NCBI GenBank assembly: GCA_964016885.1
Contig: OZ024763.1
Coordinates: forward strand, 18,476,001-18,540,000
Direction: 5' to 3'
DNA length: 64,000 nt
Source of the DNA: Eledone cirrhosa
Taxonomy: Eukaryota
This document shows positions 1 through 14,955 of the stretch, in pieces; position 1 is the stretch's first letter, and every line of letters begins with the position of its first letter. The notes under the pieces were generated by a model. It ran no database searches and had not been told where the DNA came from. It was given only the letters and a program-made list of their open reading frames with translations. The translations under genes were made by a program, and so were the position numbers.

Positions 1-255
1 GATGCCCTTCCTAACACCAACCTCATTTACGGTGAGTGCTGGGTGCTTTTTTGCCGTGGCACTTCCACGACCACTTTGCAGTGGAATGATATGGACCCCA
101 GTCCCTATCATCTCATTTCTACAGCTGAGTAAACTGGAACAATGTGAAATAAAGTGTCTTGCTCAAGGAAACAACACATCACCCGGTCTGAGAATTGAAC
201 TCGCAACCTTTCGATTGCAAGGCCAATGCTCTAACCACTAAGCCATGTGCCTCCA
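1..255 (-). mobile_element. tRNA-derived CORE-type SINE (family A), partial
   Basis: Reverse complement has an A-box (TGGCTTAGTGG), a B-box (GGTTGCGAGTTC) and a CCTTGAGCAAGACACTT core. Confidence 0.85.
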
Positions 256-909
256 TTATATATCAACAATATACATCAACAAAAATACATCCATGAGCTT
301 GGCTGGCTTGGAAAGAATCACTGAACAGGTTTTATGGGCAAAACCAACTGGCAGGAGACCCAGGGGATGACCCCAAGCAAGATAGTTGGATAACATCCAT
401 GAGCTTGGCTGGTCTCGCTTGGGGATCCAGCTGAATTAGTTAGAGATGGTTGCTTCTGACAGGACCTGCTGGAAGGAATGTTTGAGGACTCTGCACTCAT
501 GACCCTCTCAGTAATAAGTGGGCGAAGAAGAAGGGTTTTGTTAATTCAAATGTTTATAGTATCTTTACTAGTGGACATTGTTGTGAGTATTTGTGATAGA
601 GCAAAGACTTTAGGGAGACCCACGGATTGACCCCAAGCAAGATGGTTGGATAACATCCATGAGCTTGGCTAGTCTCGCTTGGGAATCCAGCCATATCAGT
701 TGGCGGTTTGGGCTGGGTTGGTTATCAAAAGGGTTAAACCATGAATACCTATTTAACCCTTGAGTTGGACAGACTCTTGACGTTTGTGTTTAGGGCAATA
801 TAACCTTCCTGATACTGGTGACATGATAAAATACACCCAGTCATTATTTGACTATTTTTTGTAGTAAAAAAAAATGACGGTGAAGTTACTATCATATATA
901 TACTTGGAT

Positions 910-1330
910 ATTGATGGAAGCTACAGAGTGGGTAGACCAAGAAAAATCTGGGACGAGGTGATAAAAACTGACCTTGCTCACATACACCTCTCTAAGACAA
1001 TGTCACTGGATCAAGATCTCTGGCACCATACAGTTGTACAGAAGACCCACCTTCTCTTGCATACAAACCTACAGTCAGTAGGCACCGCTTAACCCAATAT
1101 CCACCCCACACCCTACCTCCATCCCATTTCCATCCACTGTGTCGGTGACACAACAAAAAGCACTCAGTTCGCACCCTAAAGTGGTCGTGTAGGAGACACG
1201 GTAAAAAGGCTCCCAGTCCACACTGTAAAGTGGTCATGTAGGTAACCTCAGTAAAAAGGCTCCCAGTCCACACTGTAAATGTGGTTGATGTTAGGCAGGG
1301 CATCCAGCCGTCGAAAACCTGCCAGAGACA
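910..1330 (+). mobile_element. RTE-clade LINE 3' fragment
   Basis: GRPRKIWDEVIKTDL...DQDLW C-terminal peptide followed by the shared SINE/LINE tail. Confidence 0.72.
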
Positions 1331-1804
1331 CTTTCACTGTAAACACACTATTTCACATAATATTGAATCTACGAAATTTAACGCCACAGAAATCAGGATA
1401 AACACTGACCTGATGTGCCCCCTGGTCCCGAGATAGACTAACCCACTGATGGATTTGCGTCCTGTCCAGGGGGCCGTCTTGTACTCTCAGTCACTTCACG
1501 CCACAGAAACTGGGATAAACACCAACCTGATGATCCTCCTGGGCTCGAGACAGACTTTAGACCTATTTTTTAACCCTGTATCGTATTTTCACAGTAAAGG
1601 CTTTATCTTACATAATTATCTCACATAATATTGAATCTATGAGATTTTGATATATTTTTTGAGAACAATACCTTAACATAAGTATGAGTAGCCAGTTATG
1701 TCCGGTTTGAACAGAAAGAGGCAAAAGAATTCTGGCCGGATATGGCTGGTTTAAATGCTAAAGTGTTAAATGATGATGATGATGATTGTATTTGTATGTT
1801 TCAG

Positions 1805-1925
1805 TGATATAAAACCTAACGAGCTGTTAATGATAGACGGCTTAATTGCTAACATGGCGCCATCTGTATGTGATGTCTGGAAACAAGATGGGGGAAATGA
1901 AATGTACCCACCACCAAGTATAAAT
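1805..1925 (+). CDS. AHCTF1: ELYS exon (DIKPNELLMIDGLIANMAPSVCDVWKQDGGNEMYPPPSIN)
   Basis: tttcag acceptor, gtaagt donor; ELYS LMIDGL/YPP motifs. Confidence 0.92.
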
Positions 1926-1988
1926 GTAAGTCAGGCTGACCTTATAATTTTACTTTTGGTTCACTCTGTATATACATGCACACATATG

Positions 1989-2084
<96 letters not shown>

Positions 2085-2457
2085 TATATACACACACACA
2101 TATACACAGATATACATATGTATATATATATGTATATCTATATATATAGTAAAAGAATGAAGAATAACGTGGTTGGCTGTACAAAAAGGGTTTATTTACA
2201 GTATTAACAATTGTTTCATTAATCAGGTGAGTCTAAAAGCCGCTGATCGTTAGAAATTACGTCACTTGATCTTAATTACAGTGTTTGCCTGATTAAATCA
2301 TCGGAATACTGATGTGTGTATAACAGAGGAGTCTGGTATTTATAGATACATTGGAGAATAAAAAAAAAAAAACGATAACTTATTATTATATATATGTATA
2401 TATATTATTATTTTTATCGAACCCTCTTTGGATTTTAGTCTTCAAATTTATAATTAT

Positions 2458-2493
<36 letters not shown>

Positions 2494-2712
2494 ACTATAT
2501 ATATATATATATTATTACTATATATAGAGGGCAGTGAACTGGCAGTATCGGTAGAGGGTCAGACATGCTTTCCAGCGTAGTTACGTCCCTTTACGATCTG
2601 AGTTCAAATCCCGCCGAGGTTAACTTTGCCTTTCATCCTTACGGGGTCGATAAAATAAAGTACCAGTAATACACTGGGTAATTGCTGGCCTTGTGTCAAA
2701 AGTAGAAACAAT

Positions 2713-2760
<48 letters not shown>

Positions 2761-2982
2761 CCACTCTCAAGCATGAAACTAATACTAATATCATTTGTAC
2801 TGCCTCTCTGCTTTTTCTTCTCTGTTCATTTATTAAACTATATATGTATATATATACACATACATATATATATATATATATATACACATACTCATACAAA
2901 CATACTCAGATATGTATATACATGCATATATAAACACATATACATATATACATACACACACATGTATACATTTGCACACATT

Positions 2983-3014
<32 letters not shown>

Positions 3015-6000
3015 CAGACATACATATATATACTGACACATACATATATACACACACACATACATATATACACACATACATATATACACACAGACATACA
3101 TATATACACACGCACATATATACACACACCAGCCAGAAACTCTCCTATATGAGCGAGATACGGTCACCCGACCCAAGTTGCTTCTAAATGGGACAAACCC
3201 GTTTAACCCATGCTAGCATGGAAGATAGACATTAATTGATGATGATGATGATGATGATGACATACATATATACACACTCGTACCTTTATACATTCACACT
3301 CATACTTATATACATTCGCACATATACATACCTATATACATTCACACACATACATATATGCATATACACACAAATGCATGTGTGTGTACATCTATATGTT
3401 TATACATAAATGTGCAAGGGAGCCTGTATGAGGTCACTCAACCCGCTAGAAATAGCAGCCAGTTTCTCCCTTTACCCATACAGTATTCTGCTATGTATCA
3501 TCTTCCCGCACCTTTACACTATATTCCATTCCTCTATTTCAGGCATTGCTCTACATCTATCTCCTTGAAGATGTTTCATTGATCGCTAAACATTGTGTTG
3601 TTGGATATTTCTTTCTAGACTTAGCTTCTCTAGAAGAGGAGGATAACTCAAAGGTTTGTACATAACTTGTTTTTTTGTTTTTTTTTGTGTGTGTGTGTGT
3701 TCAAATGTATTTAACCCTTTATTATGCGGTGGATTGGCAGTATTAGGAGAGGGTCGGACGCCATGCTTTGGCGTATAGAGTTACGGCCCTTGCCATTCTT
3801 TACAGCCTGAGTTCAAATCCCGCCGAGGTTAACTTTGCCTTTCATCCTTACGGGGTCGATAAAATAAAGTACCAGTAATGCACTGGGTAATTGCTGGCCT
3901 TGTGCCTAACGTAGAAACAATTATTTACATAAACAAAGGTGGTGGTTTGGCAGTATCGGTAGAGGGTCGGACAACAGGCTTTGCAGCACAGAGTTACGCC
4001 CCTTTCTGATCTGGGTTCAAATCCCACCGAGGTTAACTTTGCCTTTCATCCTTACAGGGTCGATAAAATAAAGTACCAGTAATGCACTGGGATAATTGCT
4101 GGCCTTGTGCCAAAAGTAGAAACAATTATTTACATAAACGAATTGAGTGAGAGACTAAGCATAAGAGGTATGAAATGTGTTCTGGAGAGGGGAGTGCGTT
4201 GGTATGGCCATGAGATGCGTATGAAGGACGACAGCTGTATAAAAAAGTGCAGAGCAATGAAAATTGACCTTGCTCCCTTACACCTCTCTAAGTCAATGTC
4301 ACTGGATCAAGATCTTTGGCACCATGCAGTCGTACAGAAGACCCACCTTCCCTTGCATACAAACCTGCAGTCAGTAGGCACCTCTTAACCCAATATACAC
4401 CCCATCCCACACACCCTACCCCGTCCTCCCATTTCCGCCCGCTGTGTCGGTGACACAACAAAAAGCACCCAGCACTCACTGTAAATGTGGTTGGTGTTAG
4501 GAAGGGTATCCAGCTGTAGAAAACCTGCCAGAGACAGTTCTATACGAGTGAGACACAGTCTCCCGACCAATCCCGCATCAAGTGGAACAAAACTGTCTAA
4601 CCTATGCAAGTGTGGAAGATGGACGTTAAACAACAATGATGATGATGATGATTACTCTATATATACTATTATACTTTCACGGTAAAGGCTTTACCTCACA
4701 TAATATCTCACATAACATTGACATTACTCTATATATACTATTATACTTTCACGGTAAAGGCTTTACCTCACATAATATCTCACATAACATTGACATTACT
4801 CTATATATACTATTATACTTTCACGGTAAAGGCTTTACCTCACATAATATCAAATCTATGAGATTTTGATATTATTTATTTTGAGAACAATACCTTAACA
4901 TTAGTATAAGTGACCGGTTTCAGCCGGTTTGAACAGAAAGGTGAGAGAATGGCTAGTTTAAAATGTGAAAGGATTCATCTAGTCATTTCCATCCCAAATC
5001 TCCATATAAACCTATAACTTCATACCTATCTCCCTGCCCTATTGCCCCACTCCCCAAATCTGAGAGGCCACTACAGTTGGGACTATGACCAACAACTTCT
5101 CTAATGATAGTGCCACGAAAATGCACCTCGTACACTCTGCAGCGTAGTTGGCTACAGGGAGGGCTCCCCGCTGTAGAAACCATGCATTAAAAAAATTGAG
5201 AGGACACTTTAGTTGTCAAAGATACAACAACTCCTGGTTGTTGGTGCCACATTAAAATGCACTTGATAGAACGTGGAACTATAATGTCAGCTTGTCAGGG
5301 AGGTCAGTGGCCCCACTTGAGTACAGGTCTGTGAAGATGCATCCAACCCTTGCTAGTAGGGAAAGTGGAGATTAAATGATGATATATATACCTTTTCAAA
5401 AAAAAGTATATTATACACAAAACGCCAGCATCATCAATTTTCCAAGAGATGGCAACATGAATGGACCTGTTATTTTTTACATTGTGATCATGTCTCTATT
5501 TTGTACTCCCGAAGAAGGGCTAAAGCCCAACACGTCAAACTTTCTTTCTTCTTTCCAATATAAAGCATGAAACTGATAAGATTTTTGCATCTCTGTTTGC
5601 TGTCTCCTTGAACTATATATATATATATATATATCATCATCGTCCGCTTTTTCCCTGCTTGCAAGGGTGGGATGGAACTGATTCTGGCTTGATTTCTACA
5701 GCTGGATGCCCTTCCTAACACCAACCTCATTTACAGTGAGTGCTGGGTGCTTTTTTTGCCGTGGAACCTCCACGACCACTTTGCAGTGGAATGATATGGA
5801 CCCCAGTCCCTATCATCTCATTTCTACAGCTGAGTAAACTGGAGCAATGTGAAAAAAGTGCCTTGCTCAAGGAAACAACACATTACCCGGTCTGAGAATT
5901 GAACTCGCACCCTTTTGATTGCAAGGCAAATGCTCTAACCACTAAAATAAAATAAATAAGTCAAATGTTTAAAATTTAGCTTCGTTTATTACTGCTATAT

Positions 6001-6163
6001 ATATTTCGGTGACATCCAACACATACTCAAAATATATATATACACATATTTATATATATATTTTAATTACATAATCAACACAATATAATTATTTCATTAC
6101 CGAAGGTTTCAAGAAACTATATTATTCTTGCAAGAAACATCTAGCTTATTCGTCAGATAGAAC

Positions 6164-6199
<36 letters not shown>

Positions 6200-9100
6200 A
6201 GGCACATGGCTTAGTGGGTAGAGTATTGACCTTGCAATCGAAAGGTTGTGAGTTCAATTCTCAGACCGGGTGATGTGTTGTTTCCTTGAGCAAGACACTT
6301 TATTTCACATTGCTCCAGTTTACTCAGCTGTAGAAATGAGATGATAGGGACTGGGGTCCATATCATTCCACTGCAAAGTGATCGTGGAGGTGCCACGGCA
6401 AAAGAGCACCCAGCACTCACTGTAAATGAGGTTGGTGTTAGGAAGGGCATCCAGCTGTAGAAATCAAGTCAGAATCAGTTCCCGTCCCACCCTTGCAAGC
6501 AGGGAAAAGTGGACGTAAAATGATGATGATGATGATATATATGTGTTTGTGTTTGTGTGTGTGTAAAAGGTAAACAGAAATAACAACACAAACAGTACAG
6601 TATATGGAAGGAATATATTAGGTTAATGCTTGAAATAACAGGGAGAGGGTCTTAACGTTTTGAACGCTAGTCCTTCATCAGAAGAAAGAATGAGAAATTA
6701 GATAGATTGAAGGGACGGGCGCCAGTGTGGAATTGGAAAAAATGTCTTTAGAGAAAAATAACAGGTCCATTCATGTTGGCATCTCAGCTTCCATCATTCT
6801 TTACTGCTTTCTTTTATTTTGTTGTATTTTTTTTGTTTGTAGTTGGCTGATAAAGTAACAACTTTCTCTGATATCTTCAACGTACCCACCGACACCATGA
6901 ACCTTGTGACGGGGTTTTGGCTTCTTGACCACAAGGACTTTGAGGTAAAGCTGTAGCCACTGTTATTACATTTTGCTGGTTTCTTTTTCTTCTTTTTTTT
7001 ATATTTGTTATCTACTCTTGGGTCCCAAATAATAGGGGGATGGGTGTGTGGAATGAGCTGGGGTTGAAAAATAGGTAATTTTTCTAGGTTGTCTCTATTG
7101 ATTGTTTTCAAAAACCAGAATTAGTCGTTTAGTTTACATATTGAGACCCCCCCAACTCATCCTATTTGTTTTGTAATGTAAGGAATTTCTTGTAATATAT
7201 TTTGTTTTTGTCATGTATAATGTTTTTTAATGTATAAAGAAAATTAATTGTTGCAGGAATGCTTCCACATAAAATATAATTTTGCTAGAGATAGATTAGC
7301 AAAATTTATTTAGGGTGAGGCGCTGAATGTAGGGTAGCAGTCCCCAACCTTTTGCACCATAGACCAATCTTGTGCAAGACAATTTCTCTGTCGACCAAGG
7401 AGGGGGATTGATGTCAGTCATGTGCATAACAAAACACAAAAATAAAGTTATGTGATATATAATTTTATTGTTAATTTAATTATTACATATATATACTGTA
7501 AATGTGAGTCAGCTCAGCATAAGTTAGACTCAACTCAGCATAAGTTAGACTCAACTCAGCATAAGTTAGACTCAACTCAGCATAAGTTAGACTCAACTCA
7601 GCATAAGTTAGGCTCCGCTCAGCATAAAGTTAGGCTCAACTCAGCATAAAGTTAGGCTCAACTCAGCATAAAGTTAGACTCAATTCAACATAAGCTACTC
7701 TCAAATCAACATAAGCTACTCTCAACTCAACATAAGCTACTCTCAACTCAACATAAGCTACACTCAACTCAACATAAGCTACACTCAACTCAACATAAGC
7801 TACACCCAACTCAACATAAGCTACACTCAACTCAACATGGGCTGAGTCACTTTCATCCTTCAGCACATGACCCAACCATCTCACTCCATTTCTCTCCACA
7901 ATATCTATCACTTGCTCTATTCCTATCACTCTCTGAAATTCTTTATTTGCCTTCCTCCCCCTCTCTCTCTCTCTCTCTGAGTGAATCACCACCCACCCAC
8001 TGAACTCTTCTCATTTCCTGTCCCCTCTCTCTGCTGCTCCACATTCATCACCCATATCTCACTCCCCTAATTTCACGACACTTCATACACCTCCCTTCAG
8101 TTCCAGCAATACTCCCTCACTGTCCCTGTCCCTTCACTAGATTGACACACCCTAGTATGCCACTCAGCCCACAGTCATTTCTCCTTGCACATCCTCTCCC
8201 TCTAGCTATTGTCAGCAAATCCTCTCTCCCGTCTCATCACCAGTCGGGAACCCCTATCTTGCTCAGAACATTGACATCCTGGAAACTGTTCAGAGACGTG
8301 CAAACCAAGCAAATACCCTCCATCAGGTATCTACCATACTCTGAACTCCCCGCTTCTCTAGGCATGGCTACAACATCTGGCAACTGACAAAATTATTAAC
8401 CATCTTGCCAACAACAACCATGAGCACCTTTTTGATCTCCATGTGTCTAACACACGTGAGCATGCCTACAAAGTCAGAAAACAGCACAGCTCCCATGACT
8501 TTTGGAAACATTTTTTCACGCTCAGAGTTACTGAAGCATGGAACAAACTACCTGCATCAGTTGTTAGCTGTCGAGACACTGCATCCTTTAAAACCTCCAT
8601 GGAACAAACTACCTGCATCAGTTGTTAGCTGTCAAGACACTGCATCCTTTAAAACCTCCATGGAACAAACTACCTGCATCAGTTGTTAGCTGTCAAGACA
8701 CTGCATCCTTTAAAACCTCCATGGAACAAACTACCTGCATCAGTTGTTAGCTGTCAAGACACTGCATCCTTTAAAACCTCCATGGAACAAACTACCTGCA
8801 TCAGTTGTTAGCTGTCGAGACACTGCATCCTTTAAAACCTCCATGGAACAAACTACCTGCATCAGTTGTTAGCTGTCAAGACACTGCATCCTTTAAAACC
8901 TCCATGGAACAAACTACCTGCATCAGTTGTTAGCTGTCAGGACACTGCATCCTTTAAAACCTCCATGGAACAAACTACCTGCATCAGTTGTTAGCTGTCA
9001 AGACACTGCATCCTTTAAAACCTCCATGGAACAAACTACCTGCATCAGTTGTTAGCTGTCAAGACACTGCATCCTTTAAAACCTCCATGGAACAAACTAC

Positions 9101-12100
9101 CTGCATCAGTTGTTAGCTGTCAGAACACTACATCCTTTAAAACCTCCATGCTTCCTGAGATTCACTACACCTGCTATTCCCCCTCCATACACACTTACAC
9201 ATGCATATCATGACTCATACACTGTTCAATTTCCTGGCATTTGTACATTATTCTATGTACTACACATGCACCTTTGATGAGTTGTAGTGCAACTGAGCAC
9301 TGTACACAATAATTTCATTCATTATTATTCTCCATTCAACATGACTCCTAGATCATTGGTCCCCAACTGCTGAGCTGCATGTTCGAACATATGACACATT
9401 AGTACAAGAACGTACAGGTGCATTGAGATTAAAATCCCTGCATATGATTTTTAGCTATGTACTTTTTCCACAAACTTTTTGAAACCCCTTTTTCGTATAT
9501 ATTTTAATTATTTTCTATATTTTTAGGTTGCTTTCTACTTTCTGGTGAACGCCTCTGTGTTTGGACAATGGCAACATTGTCAGGTGATAAAATCCTTGTT
9601 GTATCAGGAGGAATGTAAGCTTGCCCTACGTTACCTTGCTGTGAAACAACCCCCGCTTTCATCTCCCGAGGAAATCAAATTAAAGCTGACCACATTTCTA
9701 CTCAACGGGTGAGTCTTGTTTTGTCATTGTTTCAATGGTGTGGTGATGGTGTTGTATGTGTGTGGAGAATGTGGCAGTAAATGTGTGGTGGTAAATGTGT
9801 GTGGAGGGTGCAGCAGTAAATGTGAATGTAGTGGTGGTGTTGGTGGTGGTAAATGTGAGTGATGAGCCTCTGTGCTCAAGACAGACTTTAACCCTTTACC
9901 ATTTACATTACTCTATATATACTATGGTATTTTCACGGTAAAGGCTTTATCTCTCATAATTATCTCTCTTGAATCTATGAGATCTTGATATTTAATTTGA
10001 GAACAATACCTTAACATCAGTATGAGCAGAAAGAGGCGAGAGAATTCTGGCCAGATATGGCCAGTTTAAATGCTAAAGGGTTAAACCTGTGATGGACTTG
10101 TGTCCTGTCCAAGGGGAAGTCTTGTAGTCTGCGTCATTTAATATGACAGAAACCAGGATAAGCACTGGCCTAATGAACCTTCGGGATTCGAGACAGACTT
10201 TAGACCTTTTTTTTTAAAATCTAATATACACTGTGTTCATCATCATCGATTAACATCCAGCTTCCACACTAGCATGGGTTAGACGGGTCCCATTTAGAGG
10301 CAAGTTGGTTCGGGTGACCATGTCTCGCTCATATAAGGGGTGTTTCTGGCTGGTTTTCTACAGCTAGATGCCCTTCCTAATGCCAACCACATTGACAGTG
10401 TGTGGGCTGGGTGCTTTTTGCCATGTCTTTTACACGTCCACTTTACAGTGTGGGCTGGGTGCTTTTTGCCATGTCTTTTACACGTCCACTTTACAGTGTG
10501 GGTAGGGTGCTTTTTGCCATGTCTTTTACACGTCCACTTTACAGTGTGGGCTGGGTGCTTTTTGCCATGTCTTTTACACGTCCACTTTACAGTGTGGGTA
10601 GGGTGCTTTTTGCCATGTCTTTTACACGTCCACTTTACAGTGTGGGTAGGGTGCTTTTTGCCATGTCTTTTACACGTCCACTTTACAGTTTGGGTAGGGT
10701 GCTTTTTGCCATGTCTTTTACACGTCCACTTTACAGTGTGGGTAGGGTGCTTTTTGCCATGTCTTTTACACGTCCACTTTACAGTGTGGGTAGGGTGCTT
10801 TTTGCCATGTCTTTTACACGTCCACTTTACAGTTTGGGCTGGGGGAGTGGGGCATACTGTGTTGTACGTAAATATTTGTTAATTATTATCTATCTCCATC
10901 AATTCTGCAGGATGACAGCTCAAGCTGTTGAATTCCATCGTTCCTGTTGTGACCAAGATAATGCTGAAGACCTCATCAGTCACATCTTCCTCGGTTGTCA
11001 ACAGAGTGAGTTCTAACACTTCTTTGTTTCTTCATATTTATTTCCTTCTTTTCTTCCTTCTTTCTGAGGCGTGCGATGTACTCTTAGGTCCTGATAATCA
11101 CCTCCACTCCACCTCCCACTTATTAATTTTTCAGGACCCATCCCTCCTCCTTCAATAAAAACAAACTTGTTGGGATGTATATCTTGCTGTTGTTTAATGG
11201 TCCCAATATATTTCGGGGAAAAATCCCTTCATCAGAAGAATAAAGTGAGGAAACTAATTGAAAGTATTTGATATGATGATGCAGTGATGAAAAGAAGTTG
11301 ATGACCTGATATCACCTGAAAAGGTGTTGATCAGGAGATGATCGATTTAATCTTCTCTCTGAGCTGTTTATTTATAGATAAATGTTATTGATTATCAGTA
11401 GCACTAACATAGTGTGGTTCATGATAGGGGTGAAGGTTGGTGGCCTAGTGGTTAGAGAACTGGATTCACAATTGTGAGTTAGCGAGTTTGATTCCCGAAC
11501 TGGGTGCTGCGTTATGTCCTCGAGCAAGACACTGCTTTCACATTACTCCTGCCAGGAGTTACAACTAATAGGTAGTAGATAGTATCAGCAATGGACAGAC
11601 CAATGGAGATGTTTCCTTGGTCTGATTTAACAACTTCCAACCCACTTGGTAAGCAAATGAGGTCAGGGATCTTGTCGATAATGGGGGGTGTATGGTACGA
11701 TATAGAGCAATAATAGTGTGGTAGTGACATAAGGCGTTTCTTGGGCATTTTTTTTAAAACCTGGCAGAGCACATCTCCTCTCCAGGTCTGAACATAGCAG
11801 ATTTCTTCCAGAGAAGGCTAGAGAGAGTGAGAGAATGGAAGGAAGAGAGAGAGAGAGGGAGAATCAACCCCAGTGCTTTACTGGTACTTTTTTTTTTTTA
11901 TCGACCTTGAAAGTATGAAAGGCGAAGTTGACATTGGTGGGATTTGAACTCAGAGATGTTTTTTGTGGTCTTCTTCTACTGGGATTTCTTGGCACTTCTT
12001 TACCCAGGGGTCATCCTCCATGTGCATCATGTCCATACCAACGCAGTCTTTTCTCCCGCACACTATAGCTTATCCCTGTTTCTCTCTCAACTCATCTGTA

Positions 12101-12546
12101 CTTGGTCGTTCACGCACATTGACATTGCATATCCAACGGAGCGCGCTTGCTTCAGTTCTCTCCAGTTGTCGCATATCCTCCACATTATGAATTTAAAGTT
12201 AATAATGTGAAAGTTATTTATAATACTTAGATACAAGCAAATTCTTTTCTCTCCATTTTTTTTTTCTACAGGGAAAACCATGGACCAGCTGGTCAAGTTA
12301 CCCTTGACCGAGGTTGAAGAGAAGTGGCTGGAGAATTATTTAATGACCAGTCCAGAGCCAAACTCCAAAGAGATGTTAGTTGTATACTATCTACAGCGGG
12401 CACGCTATGTTGATGCCATACTGCTTAATGAGAAGTTGAAGTCTAAGGACATGGTATGGTTTTATTTCTGGATCTGTGTGTGTGTAGCTGTGGTGTTTGT
12501 ATTTTATGTATCTGTATGTGTTTGTGTATTTATGTACGTGTGTGTG

Positions 12547-12585
<39 letters not shown>

Positions 12586-14924
12586 ATGTATGTGTGTGTG
12601 TGTGTACATGTATATATATATATATATGTGTGTGTGTATTTATGTATGTGCAAATCTATTACAAAGTAGAAAAGCTACTATAAAAAAAATTATAAAAAAC
12701 ATTTGAATTATCAAACCTGTTTTCAGATATTTTCTCCTTAATTATTAAAAGATGTTTAATTAACAAATTAATTCCTATGTTGGTCATTCCCCAAATTTGG
12801 TCTTGAAGCAAAAAGAAAAAAAATTCACTTTGATTTCAAACTACTTTATATACTGGAATATACACTGAGGAATATGTGACCAAAAAATCGATGGTAAAAT
12901 GGTGATGGGGGTGCCTGCTTATATATATGCCATCTAAACCAGGCATGTCAAACTGAGGCTCCCCCGAGGGCCACATGGATGACATATGTGTTGTCTGAGA
13001 GCCACACACGGCAACTAATTGCGCACATTACAACTATCATCATCATCATCATCATCATCATCATCGTTTAGCGTCCGTGTTCCACGCTTGCATGGGTTTG
13101 GACAGGGGTTTTCCCACTTGAGGCAAGAGTGGTTGTCTTGCTCGCATAGGACTGTCTGGCGGGTTTTCTACAGCTGGTTGCCCTTCGTAACACCAACCAC
13201 ATTTACAGTGTGGGGCTGGGAGGTTTTTACCGTGTTGCCTACACGGCCACATTACAGCGTGGACTGTCTGGCGGGTTTTCTACAGCTGGATGCCCTTCGT
13301 AACACCAACCACATTTACAGTGTGGGGCTGGGAGGTTTTTACCGTGTTGCCTACACGGCCACATTACAGCGTGGACTGTCTGGCGGGTTTTCTACAGCTG
13401 GATGCCCTTCCTAACACCAACCACATTTACAGTGTGGGGCTGGGAGGTTTTTACCGTGTTGCCTACACGGCCAAACTAATTTTTTAAATTTTATATTACA
13501 AAGATAAATCATGCTCACGCTGTAAAAACCATTGTAAAGGGCCGCATGTTTGACATGCTTGGTCTAAAGTCTGTCTCGAGCTCAGAGGTTCATCAGGCCA
13601 TTCAAGGGCCGCATGGCATGCGTGATCTAAACAATGTGTTGATTAGCTATCTCAGCTAATAAACAGGGTTATGGATTTTTACCCATTTCTCAAGTGTAAA
13701 ATTGGGGTCTGCCAATATTGGTCATCTAAACATAATCCGTTGATTAACTGCCTTGGCTACTAAACAGCGTTTGGATTTTGGCCCATTTCTTAGGCATAAA
13801 ATAGGGATGGAGGTGGGGCCTATATTCATATCAGCTTATATTCGAGTATATTTGCTTATGAACAGGGTACAGCGAAGCCAATTGATCTGCACTGTAAGCG
13901 TTCTTGGTGTTAGGAAAGGCATCTAGCTGTAAAAGACCAGCTAAAATGCAGTTCCGTTTGAGCACCATAACAGCCAAATGGCCAAACCTCTCATAACAGG
14001 AGCACCCAGTTCCTCCACTGTAAGTGTAGTTGCTGTTAGGAAGGGCATCCAGCTGTAAAAACAACCCAGCTAAAATGCAGTTCCATCTGAGCAAGGTACG
14101 ATGCAGACTGGCCAGACTTGCTTCATATTGTGGACCACACTCTACACCACCACCACCATCATCTCTACACCACTATAACCATCACTACAATACACTGCCA
14201 CCACTACACTACACCCATACTACTACTACACCTACCACCACCAACAGGTTTTTACCCTGTTACCTACACGGCCACATTACAGCGTAGGCTGTGTTTTTTT
14301 GTTGTGACACCTACACGACCTCATTTGTTTCGGACTGGATGTTGTGGTACCAACATAACTTCACATTTAAGGGAGTGGTGTGGATGGGGTGGGGGTAGTG
14401 GGATGGGGGTGTATTTTGTTAGAGGTGCCTACTGACTTAGGCAGGGGGGGGGGGGGTCTTCTGTATAACTGTGTAGCGCCAAAGATCTCGGTCCAGTGAC
14501 ATTGTCTTGGAGAGGTGTAAGTGTGTGAGGTCGGAATTTATCAAGTCGTCCCAGGTTTTTCTGGGTCTGCCTACTCCGTGGCTACCGTCTATTTTTATCG
14601 CCCTTCTACAATGTTATATTTGCAGTCCTCCATGTCTGAAAGAGCAAAGAATATGGCTTCCACTCGAAACATCATTGTCAGAAAATGTGGCAAACTGCTA
14701 CCAGAAATCCAGCGCCAGTTTCTGTATGAGCCCAACTTGTTACCCAGAAAGAGGATCAATCGAGGTAAGCTGGATTCATTGCTTTCCATATGGGAGCAGA
14801 CCCCTAATAGACGCTCTTTGTTGGGTTCACTCTTCCTGTCTGTTTTTTTTTATTTGTTTGTGTATGTCTCTATCTGGGCCTCTCTGTCTGTCTCTGTCTC
14901 TGTCTGTCTGTCTGTCTCTCTCTC

Positions 14925-14955
<31 letters not shown>

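Noticed and set aside
2-241. Recurrent 79-aa ORF MPFLTPTSFTVSAG... (also at 6211, 15623, 27643, 34520)
   Set aside because: It is an antisense reading of SINE family A, not a gene family.
2696-3187. Many overlapping ORFs rich in Y/I/H/T/C/V (also near 12400, 15000, 36042, 42787, 63111)
   Set aside because: They are translations of TA/CA/CT microsatellites.
6198-6270. tRNA gene
   Set aside because: The A/B boxes belong to a SINE head that continues into core and tail; there is no complete cloverleaf.
8537-10840. Regular 61-bp and 48-bp arrays as CRISPR
   Set aside because: They are head-to-tail units without unique spacers, derive from retroelement ends, and lie in a eukaryotic context with no cas genes.
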